From assembly GCA_965223905.1 (NCBI GenBank), contig CBDCXV010000011.1, positions 704,001 to 768,000 of the forward strand: a stretch of 64,000 nucleotides of DNA, read 5' to 3'. The position numbers and the translations under genes were made by a program. The DNA comes from Candidatus Latescibacterota bacterium. Lineage in GTDB: Bacteria > Latescibacterota > UBA2968 > UBA8231. Positions 20,710 to 31,266 of this stretch are shown here, in pieces. The notes below the pieces were generated by a model that saw only the letters and a list, made by a program, of their open reading frames with translations, was not told where the DNA came from and made no database searches. How positions within the stretch are numbered: the stretch's first letter is position 1; the number at the start of each line of letters is the position of its first letter.

Positions 20710-21687
20710 TCAGGGGAGCCGGCGGAACCGGGTGTTGGCCAGGATGAACCCGAGCAGCAGCAGAGTTGATCCGGTCCAGAGGAAGCGTCCGTAGCGTTCG
20801 GAAAAGTCGAGATAGATGGCGCTCGTCACCGGGGTGGTTTCGAGCTCCCCTATCTCCTCGTACACCTGCTTCAGCTTTTCGCGGCTGGTGGCGTGGTAGT
20901 AGTGGCCCCCGGTAGACGTCGCGATCTTCTTGAGGATCTCCTCGTCGAATTCGGGCCCACGGCCCCGTCGCCCTGGCGCCTGGTTGCTCAGGCCGCCAAC
21001 GCCGATCGTGTACACGCGGATGCCGGTTGCCTCGGCGACCGCGGCCGCGGTCATGGGGTCGATCTCTCCTGCGTTGTTGACTCCGTCGGTCAGCAGGATG
21101 ACGACCTTGCTCTTGCCGTCGGCGTCGCGCAGCCGGTTGCAGGCATTGATCAGGGCGACGCCGATGGCGGTGCCGTCCCAGCTCCTCGAGGCGATCCCGA
21201 TATCTGCGAGGAACTCCAGGAGGACGTCGTAGTCGAGGGTCAGGGGACACTGGGTGAAGCTCACGCCGGCGAACACGACCATGCCGATGCGGTCGCTGTG
21301 CCTGCCGGCGATGAACTCCGACACCACATCCTTGGCGACCGCGAGCCGGTTGGCGTCACCGAGATCACGGGCTTCCATGCTTCCCGAGACATCGAGAACG
21401 AGCATGATGTCGATCCCTTCGGCGGTCACGTCGACGACTTCCTTGCCGGCCTGGGGGCGGGCCATCGCCAGGATCAGGCAGCCGAGCCCGGCCAGTCGCA
21501 GCACCACCAAGGCGTGGCGCAGGTGCACCAACATGCCGGGCTTCAGGCCCTCGAAAGACTCCAGACTGGAGAAGCGGATGCTGCCCCTGTCACCTCGCTC
21601 TTCGACCAGATAGCGGTACAGGAGCAGCGGCAGCAGCACCAGTGCCAACAGCCATACCCCGTTTTCGAAACGCAGATACTCCTCCAC
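20710..21687 (-). CDS. batA: BatA-like VWA domain protein
   Basis: DVSGSM, LARPQ, GTAIG, LLTDG.NNAG; start approximate. Confidence 0.85.
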   Translation of the reverse strand: MEEYLRFENGVWLLALVLLPLLLYRYLVEERGDRGSIRFSSLESFEGLKPGMLVHLRHALVVLRLAGLGCLILAMARPQAGKEVVDVTAEGIDIMLVLDVSGSMEARDLGDANRLAVAKDVVSEFIAGRHSDRIGMVVFAGVSFTQCPLTLDYDVLLEFLADIGIASRSWDGTAIGVALINACNRLRDADGKSKVVILLTDGVNNAGEIDPMTAAAVAEATGIRVYTIGVGGLSNQAPGRRGRGPEFDEEILKKIATSTGGHYYHATSREKLKQVYEEIGELETTPVTSAIYLDFSERYGRFLWTGSTLLLLGFILANTRFRRLP

Positions 21688-21691
21688 TCGG

Positions 21692-22762
21692 CTATCCCAC
21701 GCCCGGTTCGGAAGAGCCTCCGCTGTTTCCGATGGCACCTCCGGTCTCCGCTTCCCTCACCCCTTCCGCGGCCGCGGCCTGCGCCGTAGCGGCTCTCGCC
21801 TGTTTTCGCAGCCAGTCCTCCAGACCCTGGACGATCTCGATCCCCCTTTCCGGTCCCGCTTCCGCGTCGCCGGTTTCCGGGACGTGACGGGCGAACTTGA
21901 CGAGATCGGCATCCCTGAGAAAGAGGGCGACCCGGCGTTCGATCTCTCCGGGAAAACCGGGGATGCGGGCGAGTGCCCCTTCGATCTCCGCAGTCGTCCG
22001 TTCGAGCGCCTCCACCCCTGCCTTGTCTTCGAAAAACCTCCGCAGCGTTTCCGACAGCAAGGTGTAGTGCGTTTTGTAGGCGCGGCGCGCAACCAGCCCC
22101 ATGCCGGCGATCTTCCTGAATTCGGCGATGTAGTTGACAGTCGGAGGAGGCGGTTGAACCGCGTCACCGCGATGCCGGCGATCGAGGAAGAACACCTTCA
22201 GGGCCCAGGCCGCGCCCACCGCGGCCAAGGTGGCGAGCAGGGCGGCGACCCAGACCGGAATCCCGCCGGAGATCACCAGAGGGGGAACGATGTCCCGCAG
22301 TTCGTCATCTTCCGGGTCGCGGACCGGCACGATTTCTACAGCCAGCGGGGCGGTGCTGCGGAACAGGGTGTCCTTCCCCGCGGCGGCGAATCGGACCGGG
22401 ATAGGGGGGATCGTCAGCTCACCGAGGTCGAACGCCCGCACCTTGTAGGTGGCGACCGCTTCGGTCTCCTGTTCCGAGACGGAACGGCGCTCGACTTTGG
22501 GCGAGGCGGAATCGACCTCCAGCTCTCGCGGAAAGACCTCTTCCATCTCGGGAAACGACGGCGAGTACCCGGCCGGGTATCGCAGCCTCAGGGTCAAGGT
22601 CAGGGGCGCCCCGATGTTGGCGGCCGCCGTATCGAACTCGGCGGCGACATCGAATGCCCCGGCTGGGATCGCGGGTCGCTGGGCGAAGGCGTGGACGCCG
22701 GCTACGAGGAGGGTGGCGAACCCGCTTGCCCAGAGCCGGAGCGGACCGCGGTGCCGCAACAT
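21692..22762 (-). CDS. Bat-cluster membrane-anchored accessory protein
   Basis: Signal peptide, Ig-like region, TM segment, ALERTT.EI, DLVKFA. Confidence 0.7.
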   Translation of the reverse strand: MLRHRGPLRLWASGFATLLVAGVHAFAQRPAIPAGAFDVAAEFDTAAANIGAPLTLTLRLRYPAGYSPSFPEMEEVFPRELEVDSASPKVERRSVSEQETEAVATYKVRAFDLGELTIPPIPVRFAAAGKDTLFRSTAPLAVEIVPVRDPEDDELRDIVPPLVISGGIPVWVAALLATLAAVGAAWALKVFFLDRRHRGDAVQPPPPTVNYIAEFRKIAGMGLVARRAYKTHYTLLSETLRRFFEDKAGVEALERTTAEIEGALARIPGFPGEIERRVALFLRDADLVKFARHVPETGDAEAGPERGIEIVQGLEDWLRKQARAATAQAAAAEGVREAETGGAIGNSGGSSEPGVG

Positions 22763-22773
22763 CCTCCCGTCCT

Positions 22774-24195
22774 CTATTCGGCAGTGGTGTCGTCCGCTGC
22801 GCCCGTGGCGGGCGCTTTAGACACGTCGTCGAGGCCGAGCTTCAGGTCCTCGAGGGCATCGGTGCCGATCCGGAACACCGAGGCCACGCCCGTGCGCATG
22901 AGATAGGCGGTTCCGTCGACCTCGCCGATCCTGATTTCCACCCTCTCTTCGAGGTCGTCGGTGAGCTGAATGCGCACGGCGGGAACCTCGAGGCCGTACG
23001 GAGCGAGGTCGATAGCGGCTTCCTCCGCGGCATCGGAGGTGAAGGCCTCGACCTCGATGCCGTCAATGTCGCTCAACAGGCTGTTGAGTTTCCACGACTT
23101 GGCCTCGCGATCCTCCGGTGCCGAGATGTGCCAGCCCCCGGTCGTGTCGCGCTCGGCAGTGAACGCGGCCTCGCCCCCCTGCCAGAGCTCGATCTTCCCG
23201 ATCGCGTCGCGGTCGTCCACAGCTACCGGCTGCTTGTCCCGCAGGTCGAATGCGCTCTTGCCGGCAGCGTTGACGAGGGTGGAATCGACCAGGAAAATCG
23301 GCGCTCGACTGGGGTCGAGGGCGTAGTGCAGTCCGTCTTCCGCTTCCAATCCGATGACGAGCCGCTTCTCGGCCCGCTCCTCACCCAGCAGAAGGGAGAC
23401 CTCGAGTATCGGCTCGGCAAGGCCGCGATTCGCTTTCTCCTCCTCTCCCGGGGTTTCGCTCACGAAGGCCTCTGCCTCGGAGTTCGAAATCTCCTGCAGC
23501 AACTCCTCCACCGCGGACTCGTCCGCGGGCCGGTCGACCGGCATCAGCCGCCAGCTCCCGTCGTCCCGGACGATGGCGAGCTCTTCTTCGATCGCGAAGC
23601 CGGTCAGGCCGATCTCGCGCACATCGTCACTGTCGAAAGCCAGGACTCTCCGATCTCTCAGGTCGAAAACCCCCTTGTCGAGGTTGTCGAAGCGCCAGGC
23701 GCGCACGGTGAATATCTCGGGGTTCTCACCGCTGCGACGCGCGTACGCGTAGCGTTCGGTCGGACTGTCCTCCCCGAGGAGGACAGTGTCGAGAACCGTC
23801 TCTGCCAGCTCGATCAGAACCCGCAGCCTCGGCCTCCCAAGGCCGTACTTTGCTGCCAGCTCGGCGTTGCCTGCCGCCGCTACGCTGTCCTCGACGACAC
23901 GCTCGATCTCGGTTTCGCGCAGGTTGCGCAGATACCTCTCGATCGCCTTCTGGTCGGCGTCGGCCGCTACCGGCCCCTGCAAGCGCCAGCCGTCCGGCGT
24001 CTTGGCCACCGAGATGGCGGTATCGGCGCGCTCGATTAGGATCCGCGTCGCTTCGTGGTCGCTGAAGTCGAGAAGCTGCCTGGCCTTTTTGGCCGCTTCT
24101 TCGCGCTCCTCCCCACCCTTTATCTCGTAGAAATAGACGAATGCCAGCAGGGCCGCGAAAACGGCGCTGATGACGAGGTTGGTTTTGAACCGCAT
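22774..24195 (-). CDS. DUF4340-like periplasmic protein
   Basis: N-terminal anchor; repeated W.L..P....AD, YGL..P and DLRD modules; follows GldG. Confidence 0.75.
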   Translation of the reverse strand: MRFKTNLVISAVFAALLAFVYFYEIKGGEEREEAAKKARQLLDFSDHEATRILIERADTAISVAKTPDGWRLQGPVAADADQKAIERYLRNLRETEIERVVEDSVAAAGNAELAAKYGLGRPRLRVLIELAETVLDTVLLGEDSPTERYAYARRSGENPEIFTVRAWRFDNLDKGVFDLRDRRVLAFDSDDVREIGLTGFAIEEELAIVRDDGSWRLMPVDRPADESAVEELLQEISNSEAEAFVSETPGEEEKANRGLAEPILEVSLLLGEERAEKRLVIGLEAEDGLHYALDPSRAPIFLVDSTLVNAAGKSAFDLRDKQPVAVDDRDAIGKIELWQGGEAAFTAERDTTGGWHISAPEDREAKSWKLNSLLSDIDGIEVEAFTSDAAEEAAIDLAPYGLEVPAVRIQLTDDLEERVEIRIGEVDGTAYLMRTGVASVFRIGTDALEDLKLGLDDVSKAPATGAADDTTAE

Positions 24196-24198
24196 CTC

Positions 24199-27100
24199 CT
24201 ACTTCTCCGTCCCGGTATTCGGAGTGAAGTCGCTCTTTATCCAGACGAGGATACAGGCATTGGCAATCCACCACCCGGCGGATACCAGCTGCAGGGTCTC
24301 GTTGGGAATCGCCGCGAACCCGACGCCGACGACGATCGCGCTCAGGGTCAGGGCCGCGGGCCATGACCAGGGTTCCTTGCGGTGAAGGCCGTAACCAGTC
24401 ATCGCCAGTCCGACCAACAGGATGAAGTAGCCGAGCCCGGCGAGGATGTCCCCGTCCGCAATCGCCACAGTTGCCAAGGCGAAAAGGCCGACTGTCGCCG
24501 AGAAGTGCGAGTACATCAGCCAACGGACAAACCCGGACGAGTAGGCCTGGTAGCCGCGGCGCAGCATGATGACGAATCCGGACAGGGCAACCGCGAAAGG
24601 CAGCACGAACACGGAGACCCACAGCACCACGTCTCCCTGGTTGCCGACGAGGTTGATGGGGTTGGAACCGGGACGCTTGAGCGGGATCGTGAGACGATCC
24701 TCGCTTTCGGTCACCCATTTCAGGGCGCCTATCAACAGCTCGCCGTTGGCCTGCTGGCCGAAGTGCTGGTTGCGGGCGAAATCGGAGTCGCCGAAGACCA
24801 CGAGACGGGTCTTGTCCCCACTGGCGGCGCTGTCCGGGTCGGCCTTGACGGCGACCGCCAGCGACAGCGGCCCCTGGCGGTCGCTCTCCGGATCGAACTC
24901 GACCTGCCCTCCCTCTCCGGCCAGCGGCGACAGGTCGGTCTCCGCCCAGCTGCTGCGGTGGGTGTAGGCCAACGCCGTGATCTCGGATCCGGCGGGATCC
25001 TGCGCCGGGGAAACCGAGCGCGCAAACGGGAAGAAGCTCATCGTGCCGGAGCCGATCTTCCCGGTCACCGGGTGGTTGCCGTACTGGAGCACGACGGGAA
25101 CGGAAACATCGGCGCCGAGAAGCTGCCCGATACCGCTCAGGTCGACGACGAAGTCGTTCCCGAGGTCGATACCGTACCCCTCCAGCACCGATTCGAGCCC
25201 GGTGTCGACACCCGGGTCGGCGAGGAGGACGGCGTCCTTGCCCCTGCGGAGAAGGGCTTCGAAGGTCACCGCCTCGGTGCTCGACAACGGCTCCTTCGGG
25301 CCGAGGAGGACCAGCGTCTGCGCAGCAATCGGGGCGCCGTCCAGCCTTACGCCCTCGTCGATCTGCAGATTGAGCTCCTTCAGGCGCCCGTTGAGAATGC
25401 TGAACCCCTCGCCGTCCACTTCCGTCAGCATTCCCTCGCCATGCCCGCCGACGAATGCGATGCGGCGCTCGCGTGCCTCGAGGGCGCTCTTGATCGCGTT
25501 GCTCAGCGCCTCTTCGGTCTGTTCCTCGATGCGTTCGCCGTGCACCTTGCCGTCCCCGGACACCTCGACGAGGGAGGTTCCGCGGGTGGTTACCCCGTGC
25601 TGTTTCCACTCAAGGGAGCGCTGCTGCGGATCGACAATCTCGTAGTCGAAATTCCGCGTCTCGTATTTGTACTCATCCATCAATTCCCGGAAGCGCATCG
25701 ACTCCATCTCGGAGGTAAATGCCTTGACGGAAATGAAGCGGTCCTGCCGTTCGGCCCGCTCCAGAAGGTCCCGCGTCTTCGGCGACAGCGTGAACAGCCC
25801 GTCCGCGGTCACGTCGAGGCGGCTGTGATAGCGGTCGCCGATGACGTTCACCAGGGTGACGATACCGAGGGAGAGCGCCAGCCCGAGTCCCGCGGCCAGG
25901 AGATCGGGAACACTCCAGCGGCCCTTGCTCGAAACGACGAAGAAGCCGGCGAGCGCCACCGCCAGCGGATAGAGGATGACCCCGATCCAGAAAATCCATT
26001 CCGCCTGGCTGTCGGTCAGCGCGATCGGGTTGAAACCGGCCTCGCGCGGCCGGATGGAGATCAGACCCTCGTCCGCGGCCAGCCAGCTGATCGCGTTGAG
26101 GACGAGATCGCCGTTTCCCTGCAGATCGAAATAGCGGTTGCTGGCAAAGTCGGAATCGCCGAAGAGGACGAGCCTTCCGCCGTCCTCCCTCATGGCAGCG
26201 ACTCCGAGGGCTACGGGCCCGGTCCGGTCGACGCCCTCGTCGAGCGACACGGTGCGTTTCCCCTGCCCGGGCTGGAGGGCGCTGAGGTCCCGTTCAGCCC
26301 AACTCTGGCTGCTCGTCATGACCAGCTCCGCACCCTCGACTGCCTCGGTTTCGACGAAGCGGACCGAGCGCGCAAGTTCGAAGAATGTCATGATTCCCGA
26401 GCGGTGCTTGCGGACCAGCGGATGCTCCTGGTCGTAGCTGACGGCGACGGGAATGGTGAAATCAAGACCGAACAGGCTTCCGATTCCGCTCGTGTCGATG
26501 ACGAAGTCGTCGCCCAGCTCGGCCCCCCACGAAGAGAACAGCTCTTTCAGTCCGCTCTCGTGCGCGGGATCCAGGAGGGCGATGACCGCGCCTCCGGCGT
26601 CGAGGTAGCGGGCGATGGCGTCCGCCTCGGTGCTGAAAAAGGGAGACTGCGGCCCGGCGATGATCAGCACCGCGCAGTCGTCCGGGACCTCCCCTTCCCT
26701 GGCGAGGAAAAGGGAGTCCTCGAGCACGTAGTCGATCTCCTGCAGGCGGTCGCGAAGTCTGCTGAGTCCCTGGTCGGTCTGGGCAACCCCCTTCTCGCCA
26801 TGGCCGACGGTGAGATAGACGAAGGACTGGCGGTCGCGGGTCACCTTGAGCATCGCGTTGGTGATCTCCTTCTCGGTCAGCTCGGTTACCCTCTGCTGCT
26901 TTTCGCCCGACTCCACCACGACGGTGTTGTAGCGGCGAATGCCGTAGTCGCTCGTTCTCTGCGGATCGCGGTCGGGATCGACGAGCTCGAAATCGAAGGA
27001 GCCGCTGTACGTCGAGTACTGCTTCAGCAGGCCCTCGAGCTTCTCGTCTTCCCCCTTTTCCATGAAGGCGAGGACACGCACGTCGCGGTCGAGCCCCTGC

Positions 27101-27420
27101 AGCGACTCCACCGTGAGTGGGGAGAGGCTGTGAAGCTTGCCCGCGGTGAGATCGTACCGCTGCGGGTGGGAATTGGTGACGAAGTTGACCATGACGACGA
27201 TCAACAGGACCAGGATGCTTCCCCACAGAGCGTTGAGCCAGCTCGAGTACTGCTTGAAAAGGGCGGGGTTGATCGCGGCGCAAACCGCGATCAACAGCAC
27301 CCCGGCGCCGAGGCAGGCCAGCTGGGCGCCCGTTTCCTCCGTGTCGAGGGCCAGCGCCAGCCCCCCCATGAGGGCGAGAGCCGCTCCGGCCAGGCTGATA
27401 TGAGTGGTGTACGCTTTCAT
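24199..27420 (-). CDS. GldG-like ABC auxiliary component with two tandem modules
   Basis: Two copies each of DLT.../GHGE/DFV.D.SGIG.L.G.D..P/RLV.FGDSDFA.N. Confidence 0.8.
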   Translation of the reverse strand: MKAYTTHISLAGAALALMGGLALALDTEETGAQLACLGAGVLLIAVCAAINPALFKQYSSWLNALWGSILVLLIVVMVNFVTNSHPQRYDLTAGKLHSLSPLTVESLQGLDRDVRVLAFMEKGEDEKLEGLLKQYSTYSGSFDFELVDPDRDPQRTSDYGIRRYNTVVVESGEKQQRVTELTEKEITNAMLKVTRDRQSFVYLTVGHGEKGVAQTDQGLSRLRDRLQEIDYVLEDSLFLAREGEVPDDCAVLIIAGPQSPFFSTEADAIARYLDAGGAVIALLDPAHESGLKELFSSWGAELGDDFVIDTSGIGSLFGLDFTIPVAVSYDQEHPLVRKHRSGIMTFFELARSVRFVETEAVEGAELVMTSSQSWAERDLSALQPGQGKRTVSLDEGVDRTGPVALGVAAMREDGGRLVLFGDSDFASNRYFDLQGNGDLVLNAISWLAADEGLISIRPREAGFNPIALTDSQAEWIFWIGVILYPLAVALAGFFVVSSKGRWSVPDLLAAGLGLALSLGIVTLVNVIGDRYHSRLDVTADGLFTLSPKTRDLLERAERQDRFISVKAFTSEMESMRFRELMDEYKYETRNFDYEIVDPQQRSLEWKQHGVTTRGTSLVEVSGDGKVHGERIEEQTEEALSNAIKSALEARERRIAFVGGHGEGMLTEVDGEGFSILNGRLKELNLQIDEGVRLDGAPIAAQTLVLLGPKEPLSSTEAVTFEALLRRGKDAVLLADPGVDTGLESVLEGYGIDLGNDFVVDLSGIGQLLGADVSVPVVLQYGNHPVTGKIGSGTMSFFPFARSVSPAQDPAGSEITALAYTHRSSWAETDLSPLAGEGGQVEFDPESDRQGPLSLAVAVKADPDSAASGDKTRLVVFGDSDFARNQHFGQQANGELLIGALKWVTESEDRLTIPLKRPGSNPINLVGNQGDVVLWVSVFVLPFAVALSGFVIMLRRGYQAYSSGFVRWLMYSHFSATVGLFALATVAIADGDILAGLGYFILLVGLAMTGYGLHRKEPWSWPAALTLSAIVVGVGFAAIPNETLQLVSAGWWIANACILVWIKSDFTPNTGTEK

Positions 27421-27441
27421 CGCGCCTCGATAGCCGCCCCC

Positions 27442-28233
27442 CTACCGCCGCCAGCGCCTCGACTCGATGACGCGGCCGGTGGCGAACAGGGTGAAGAAAA
27501 CGAAGCTCAGGTAGAAGACGACGTCCTTGGTGTCGATGACACCGCGCTGGAAGTCCTGCAGGTGCTGGATGATCGACAGGTACTGCAGCACCTTGGCCAG
27601 CGTCGGACCGGCGAAGCTCGCCGACCAGTCGATCAGCCACAGCAGCAGGAGAGCGCCGAAGGCGAGCAGCACGGCGACGATCTGGTTTTCGGTGACCGCG
27701 GATGCCAGGATGCCGACGCCGATGAAGGTGGCCCCGAGCAGCAGGTATCCCAGGTAGGCCGACCAGATCGGTCCCCAGTCCGGTTCGCCGTACACCTCGA
27801 GGATGCCGCAGTACACAAGGGTCAAGGCGACGATGGAGGTGTAGAGCGTGAAGCAGGCGAAGAACTTGCCGAGCAGGATCTGCGTCGTCGAGATCGGCGA
27901 CGTCATCAGCAGCTCGATCGTTCCCGTCTTCTTCTCCTCGGCGAACAGCCGCATCGTCAACATCGGCACCACGAGCAGCCAGATAAAGTCCATGACCGCG
28001 AAGAACTGGGTCACCACCATCTCGTTGAGGTTGAGCGGCGGCATTCCGCTGGCGTCCATGTACTGCGCCCGCTGGCTGTACTGCAGGCACCACCAGTTGA
28101 ACTGCATCAGGATGTTGCGGAACAGGTAGCCGGACAGGAACAGGAACACTCCGGCGATAACGTAGGCTACCGGGGATACGAAATACGATCGCATCTCTTT
28201 GGAGTATACGGCGAGCAGGTTGCGCATCTTCAA
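27442..28233 (-). CDS. ABC permease (GldF-like)
   Basis: KEMRSYF.SP.AY, TMRLFAEEKKTGTIELL.TSP, TENQIVA. Confidence 0.88.
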   Translation of the reverse strand: MKMRNLLAVYSKEMRSYFVSPVAYVIAGVFLFLSGYLFRNILMQFNWWCLQYSQRAQYMDASGMPPLNLNEMVVTQFFAVMDFIWLLVVPMLTMRLFAEEKKTGTIELLMTSPISTTQILLGKFFACFTLYTSIVALTLVYCGILEVYGEPDWGPIWSAYLGYLLLGATFIGVGILASAVTENQIVAVLLAFGALLLLWLIDWSASFAGPTLAKVLQYLSIIQHLQDFQRGVIDTKDVVFYLSFVFFTLFATGRVIESRRWRR

Positions 28234-29177
28234 GCCTCCTCCTCGGTGGTCAAACGCAGGAAAATATCCTCGAGGGTCATCTCGAGGCCGCGCAGCTCGC
28301 GCAGTCCGTAGCCTCCGTCGACGAGCCGCCTGGCGACCTCGTCCCTGATCTCCCGTCCCGGAGTCGCGGTGACGATGAAAACGGAGTCGGTGCCGCCGGG
28401 GCTGCCGGCCGTGTCCTCGCGCACCTCGATTACGCCCTCCAGGCCCTCTATGGCCGAGCGGATCTCATCCGCGGGCCCTGCAACCTGGGCGCGCAGCATC
28501 TCCCCTTCCTTCAACTCGGCGATCAGGCTTTCCGGGGTGCCCTCGCCGACTATGCGGCCGGCGTTGATGATCACCACCTTCTCGCAGGTCATGCTGACCT
28601 CGGGCAGGATGTGGGTGCTGAGGATGATGGTGTGATCTCCCCCCAATCCCCTGATCGTCTCGCGGATCTCGATGATCTGCTTCGGGTCGAGTCCGACAGT
28701 AGGTTCGTCGAGAATGAGTACGCTCGGGTTGTGCACCAGCGCCTGGGCGAGCCCGACCCTCTGCCGGTAACCTTTGGACAGGTGGCCGATCACCTGGTGG
28801 CGGACGTGGGCGATACCCGTCCGCTCCATGGTCTCGTCCATTCGAGCGCTGATCTCGGAGCCGGGAACCCCCTTTATCCTGGCGACGAAGCCCAGGTAGG
28901 AATCGACCGTCATGTCGCTGTAGAGGGGCGGCAGCTCGGGGAGGTAGCCGATGCGTTTGCGGACCTCGAGTGATTCTTCGACCACGTCGTGGCCGTCGAC
29001 CGATGCGCTGCCGCTCGATGGCGGCAGGTAGCAGGTCAATACCCGCATCGTAGTCGTCTTTCCCGCTCCATTGGGGCCGAGAAAGCCGAGAATCTGTCCC
29101 TTGTCGGCCCTGAACGACACGCCGTCGATGGCCGGCACGTCGCCGTAGTACTTCGACAAGTCGTTGACTTCTATCAC
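28230..29177 (-). CDS. ABC ATP-binding protein (GldA-like)
   Basis: GPNGAGKTT, LSKGYRQR, LDEPTVGLDP. Confidence 0.93.
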   Translation of the reverse strand: MIEVNDLSKYYGDVPAIDGVSFRADKGQILGFLGPNGAGKTTTMRVLTCYLPPSSGSASVDGHDVVEESLEVRKRIGYLPELPPLYSDMTVDSYLGFVARIKGVPGSEISARMDETMERTGIAHVRHQVIGHLSKGYRQRVGLAQALVHNPSVLILDEPTVGLDPKQIIEIRETIRGLGGDHTIILSTHILPEVSMTCEKVVIINAGRIVGEGTPESLIAELKEGEMLRAQVAGPADEIRSAIEGLEGVIEVREDTAGSPGGTDSVFIVTATPGREIRDEVARRLVDGGYGLRELRGLEMTLEDIFLRLTTEEEA

Positions 29178-29214
29178 CCTTTTGCTCCTCCTGTTCTTGC
29201 TCGCAGCAGGTTTG

Positions 29215-30090
29215 CTAATTGCGGCTCATGCGCGCCTTGAAAAAGTGGATGAGCGGCTCGATGTAGGAAGCGGACGTATCGACGCGTACCTCGTCGACAC
29301 CGAGGCTTCGGAACAGCCGTTGTCGAGCTGCCGCGGCGCGGGCCTCGGCAGCCTGAAAAGCCTCGCGTACGCGGGGGTCGCCGCTGTCGACGAGAATCTG
29401 GTCGCCGGTTTCGGCGTCGTGCAAGGTAAGCATGCCGGCGTCGGGAAGCTCCGCCTCGCGTGGATCGACGAGGTTGATCGCTATGGTGTCGTGACTCCGG
29501 CTCAAACGCCGCAGCGCCGGCTCGTAGCCGTTGTCGCGGAAGTCGGAGATAATGAACATCACCCCGCGGCGGTGTACCACCCGGTCGAGGTATTCCAGCG
29601 CCGTGGCGAGTGAGGTCCGGCGCCCGCGAGGTTCGAAATAGAGCAGTTCGCGGATCACGCGCAGGACGTGGCGGCGCCCCTTCTTCGGCGGCACGAAGAC
29701 CTCGACCGCGTCCGTGAAGATCAGCAGCCCTACGCGGTCGTTGTTCTTTATGGCGGAAAAAGCGAGCAGCGCCGAAATCTCGACCCCGATCTCCCCCTTC
29801 ATCTTGTCGGCGCTGCCGAAGGCGCCCGACCCGCTGGCGTCGACCACCAGCAGAACCGTCAGCTCCCGCTCCTCGTCGAAAAGCTTGACGAACGGCCGGC
29901 CTGCCCGGGCAGTTACGTTCCAGTCGATGCTGCGAACGTCGTCCCCCTGATGGTACTCGCGAACCTCGGCGAACTCCATTCCACGCCCCTTGAACACCGA
30001 GTGGTATTCACCGGCGAACAAGCTGTTGACGACGCTGCGAGTGTGAATCTCGATCAGCCGGACCTTGTCGAATATTTCCTTGGGAATCAA
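29215..30090 (-). CDS. DUF58 domain protein
   Basis: GMEFAEVREY..GDD.R.IDWNVTAR, DASGS, ISDF. Confidence 0.9.
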   Translation of the reverse strand: MIPKEIFDKVRLIEIHTRSVVNSLFAGEYHSVFKGRGMEFAEVREYHQGDDVRSIDWNVTARAGRPFVKLFDEERELTVLLVVDASGSGAFGSADKMKGEIGVEISALLAFSAIKNNDRVGLLIFTDAVEVFVPPKKGRRHVLRVIRELLYFEPRGRRTSLATALEYLDRVVHRRGVMFIISDFRDNGYEPALRRLSRSHDTIAINLVDPREAELPDAGMLTLHDAETGDQILVDSGDPRVREAFQAAEARAAAARQRLFRSLGVDEVRVDTSASYIEPLIHFFKARMSRN

Positions 30091-30097
30091 GTCGACC

Positions 30098-31093
30098 TCA
30101 CGGAACCTCGACGCCGTCGAACAACCGCCTGACGATCTCCTCGGAGTCGATCTCCTCGGCCTCTGCTTCGTAGCTGACTGCGATGCGATGGCGCAGCACG
30201 TCGGCGCCGACCGCCTTGACGTCTTCCGGGGTTACGTACCCCCGCCTGCGGATGAAGGCGTGGGCCCGGGCCGCCCGCACCAAAAAAATCGTCGCCCTGG
30301 GAGAGGACCCGAATTCGATGAGAGCGGCGAGCTCGGACATTCCCGCACCAGCGGGGTTGCGAGTCGCGTGCACGAGGTCGACAGCGTAGTCCTTGATCTT
30401 GTCGTCGACATACACCAGGCGCACCGAGTTGCGGAGCGTGCGTATGTCGTCGAGTGAAACCACCGGCTCGACCTCGATGTCGCCGTCCTCGGCCATGCGA
30501 TCGAGAATGGAACGCTCTTCCTCGCGCGACGGATATCCGACCTTGACCTTGAGCATGAAACGGTCGATCTGCGCCTCGGGGAGCGGGTAGGTGCCCTCCT
30601 GCTCAATCGGGTTTTGCGTCGCCATCACCAGAAACGGGTCGTCCAGGGGATAAGTTTCGTCGCCGATCGTCACCTGGCGTTCCTGCATCGACTCGAGAAG
30701 AGCGCTCTGCACCTTCGCAGGGGCCCGGTTTACCTCGTCTGCGAGCACGAGGTTTGCGAATATCGGGCCCTTCTTCGGCCGGAAGGAACCCGAGATCTGA
30801 TCGAAGATGAGCGTGCCCGTCAGATCCGCGGGGAGCAAGTCGGGGGTGAACTGGAGCCGCTTGAACTCTCCGCCGATGATCCTGGAAAGGGTGCTCACCG
30901 TCAGTGTCTTGGCCAGTCCAGGAACTCCCTCAAGCAGGACATGGCCGTTGCACAGAAGCCCGATGACGAGACGCTCCACCATGTGGCGCTGGCCGACGAC
31001 CACACGGTCCATCTGTTGCAGGATGCGATCGACCGCCTGGGAATCCCTATGGACGCGTTCCGTTATCGCGTTTATGTCGGTATCGATCGTCAC
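30098..31093 (-). CDS. moxR: MoxR family AAA+ ATPase
   Basis: GVPGLAKT, QFTPDLLPAD, DEVNRAPAKVQSALLE, TQNPIEQEGTYPLPEAQ. Confidence 0.93.
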   Translation of the reverse strand: MTIDTDINAITERVHRDSQAVDRILQQMDRVVVGQRHMVERLVIGLLCNGHVLLEGVPGLAKTLTVSTLSRIIGGEFKRLQFTPDLLPADLTGTLIFDQISGSFRPKKGPIFANLVLADEVNRAPAKVQSALLESMQERQVTIGDETYPLDDPFLVMATQNPIEQEGTYPLPEAQIDRFMLKVKVGYPSREEERSILDRMAEDGDIEVEPVVSLDDIRTLRNSVRLVYVDDKIKDYAVDLVHATRNPAGAGMSELAALIEFGSSPRATIFLVRAARAHAFIRRRGYVTPEDVKAVGADVLRHRIAVSYEAEAEEIDSEEIVRRLFDGVEVP

Positions 31094-31266
31094 GAAAACC
31101 TGCCTGCGCCCGGCGACTGCCGTCGGGACGTGACGCGACGCCTGGTTTCTTTTTTCAGCCCTGCTGGTTGCCCGATACGGGCGTTGGTGGGAGGATCTCC
31201 GGTCCGGTGGGTGAGAGGAACTGCCTCGGTCATCAGTTATTTTTTTGGTGAAAACGGGAGTCGGCT

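Noticed and set aside
24382-28311. 1309-aa plus-strand ORF and other long antisense ORFs (e.g. 15112-17388, 16983-18845, 5862-7433, 60428-61786)
   Set aside because: Shadow frames of well-supported minus-strand genes in high-GC DNA, with no recognisable motifs
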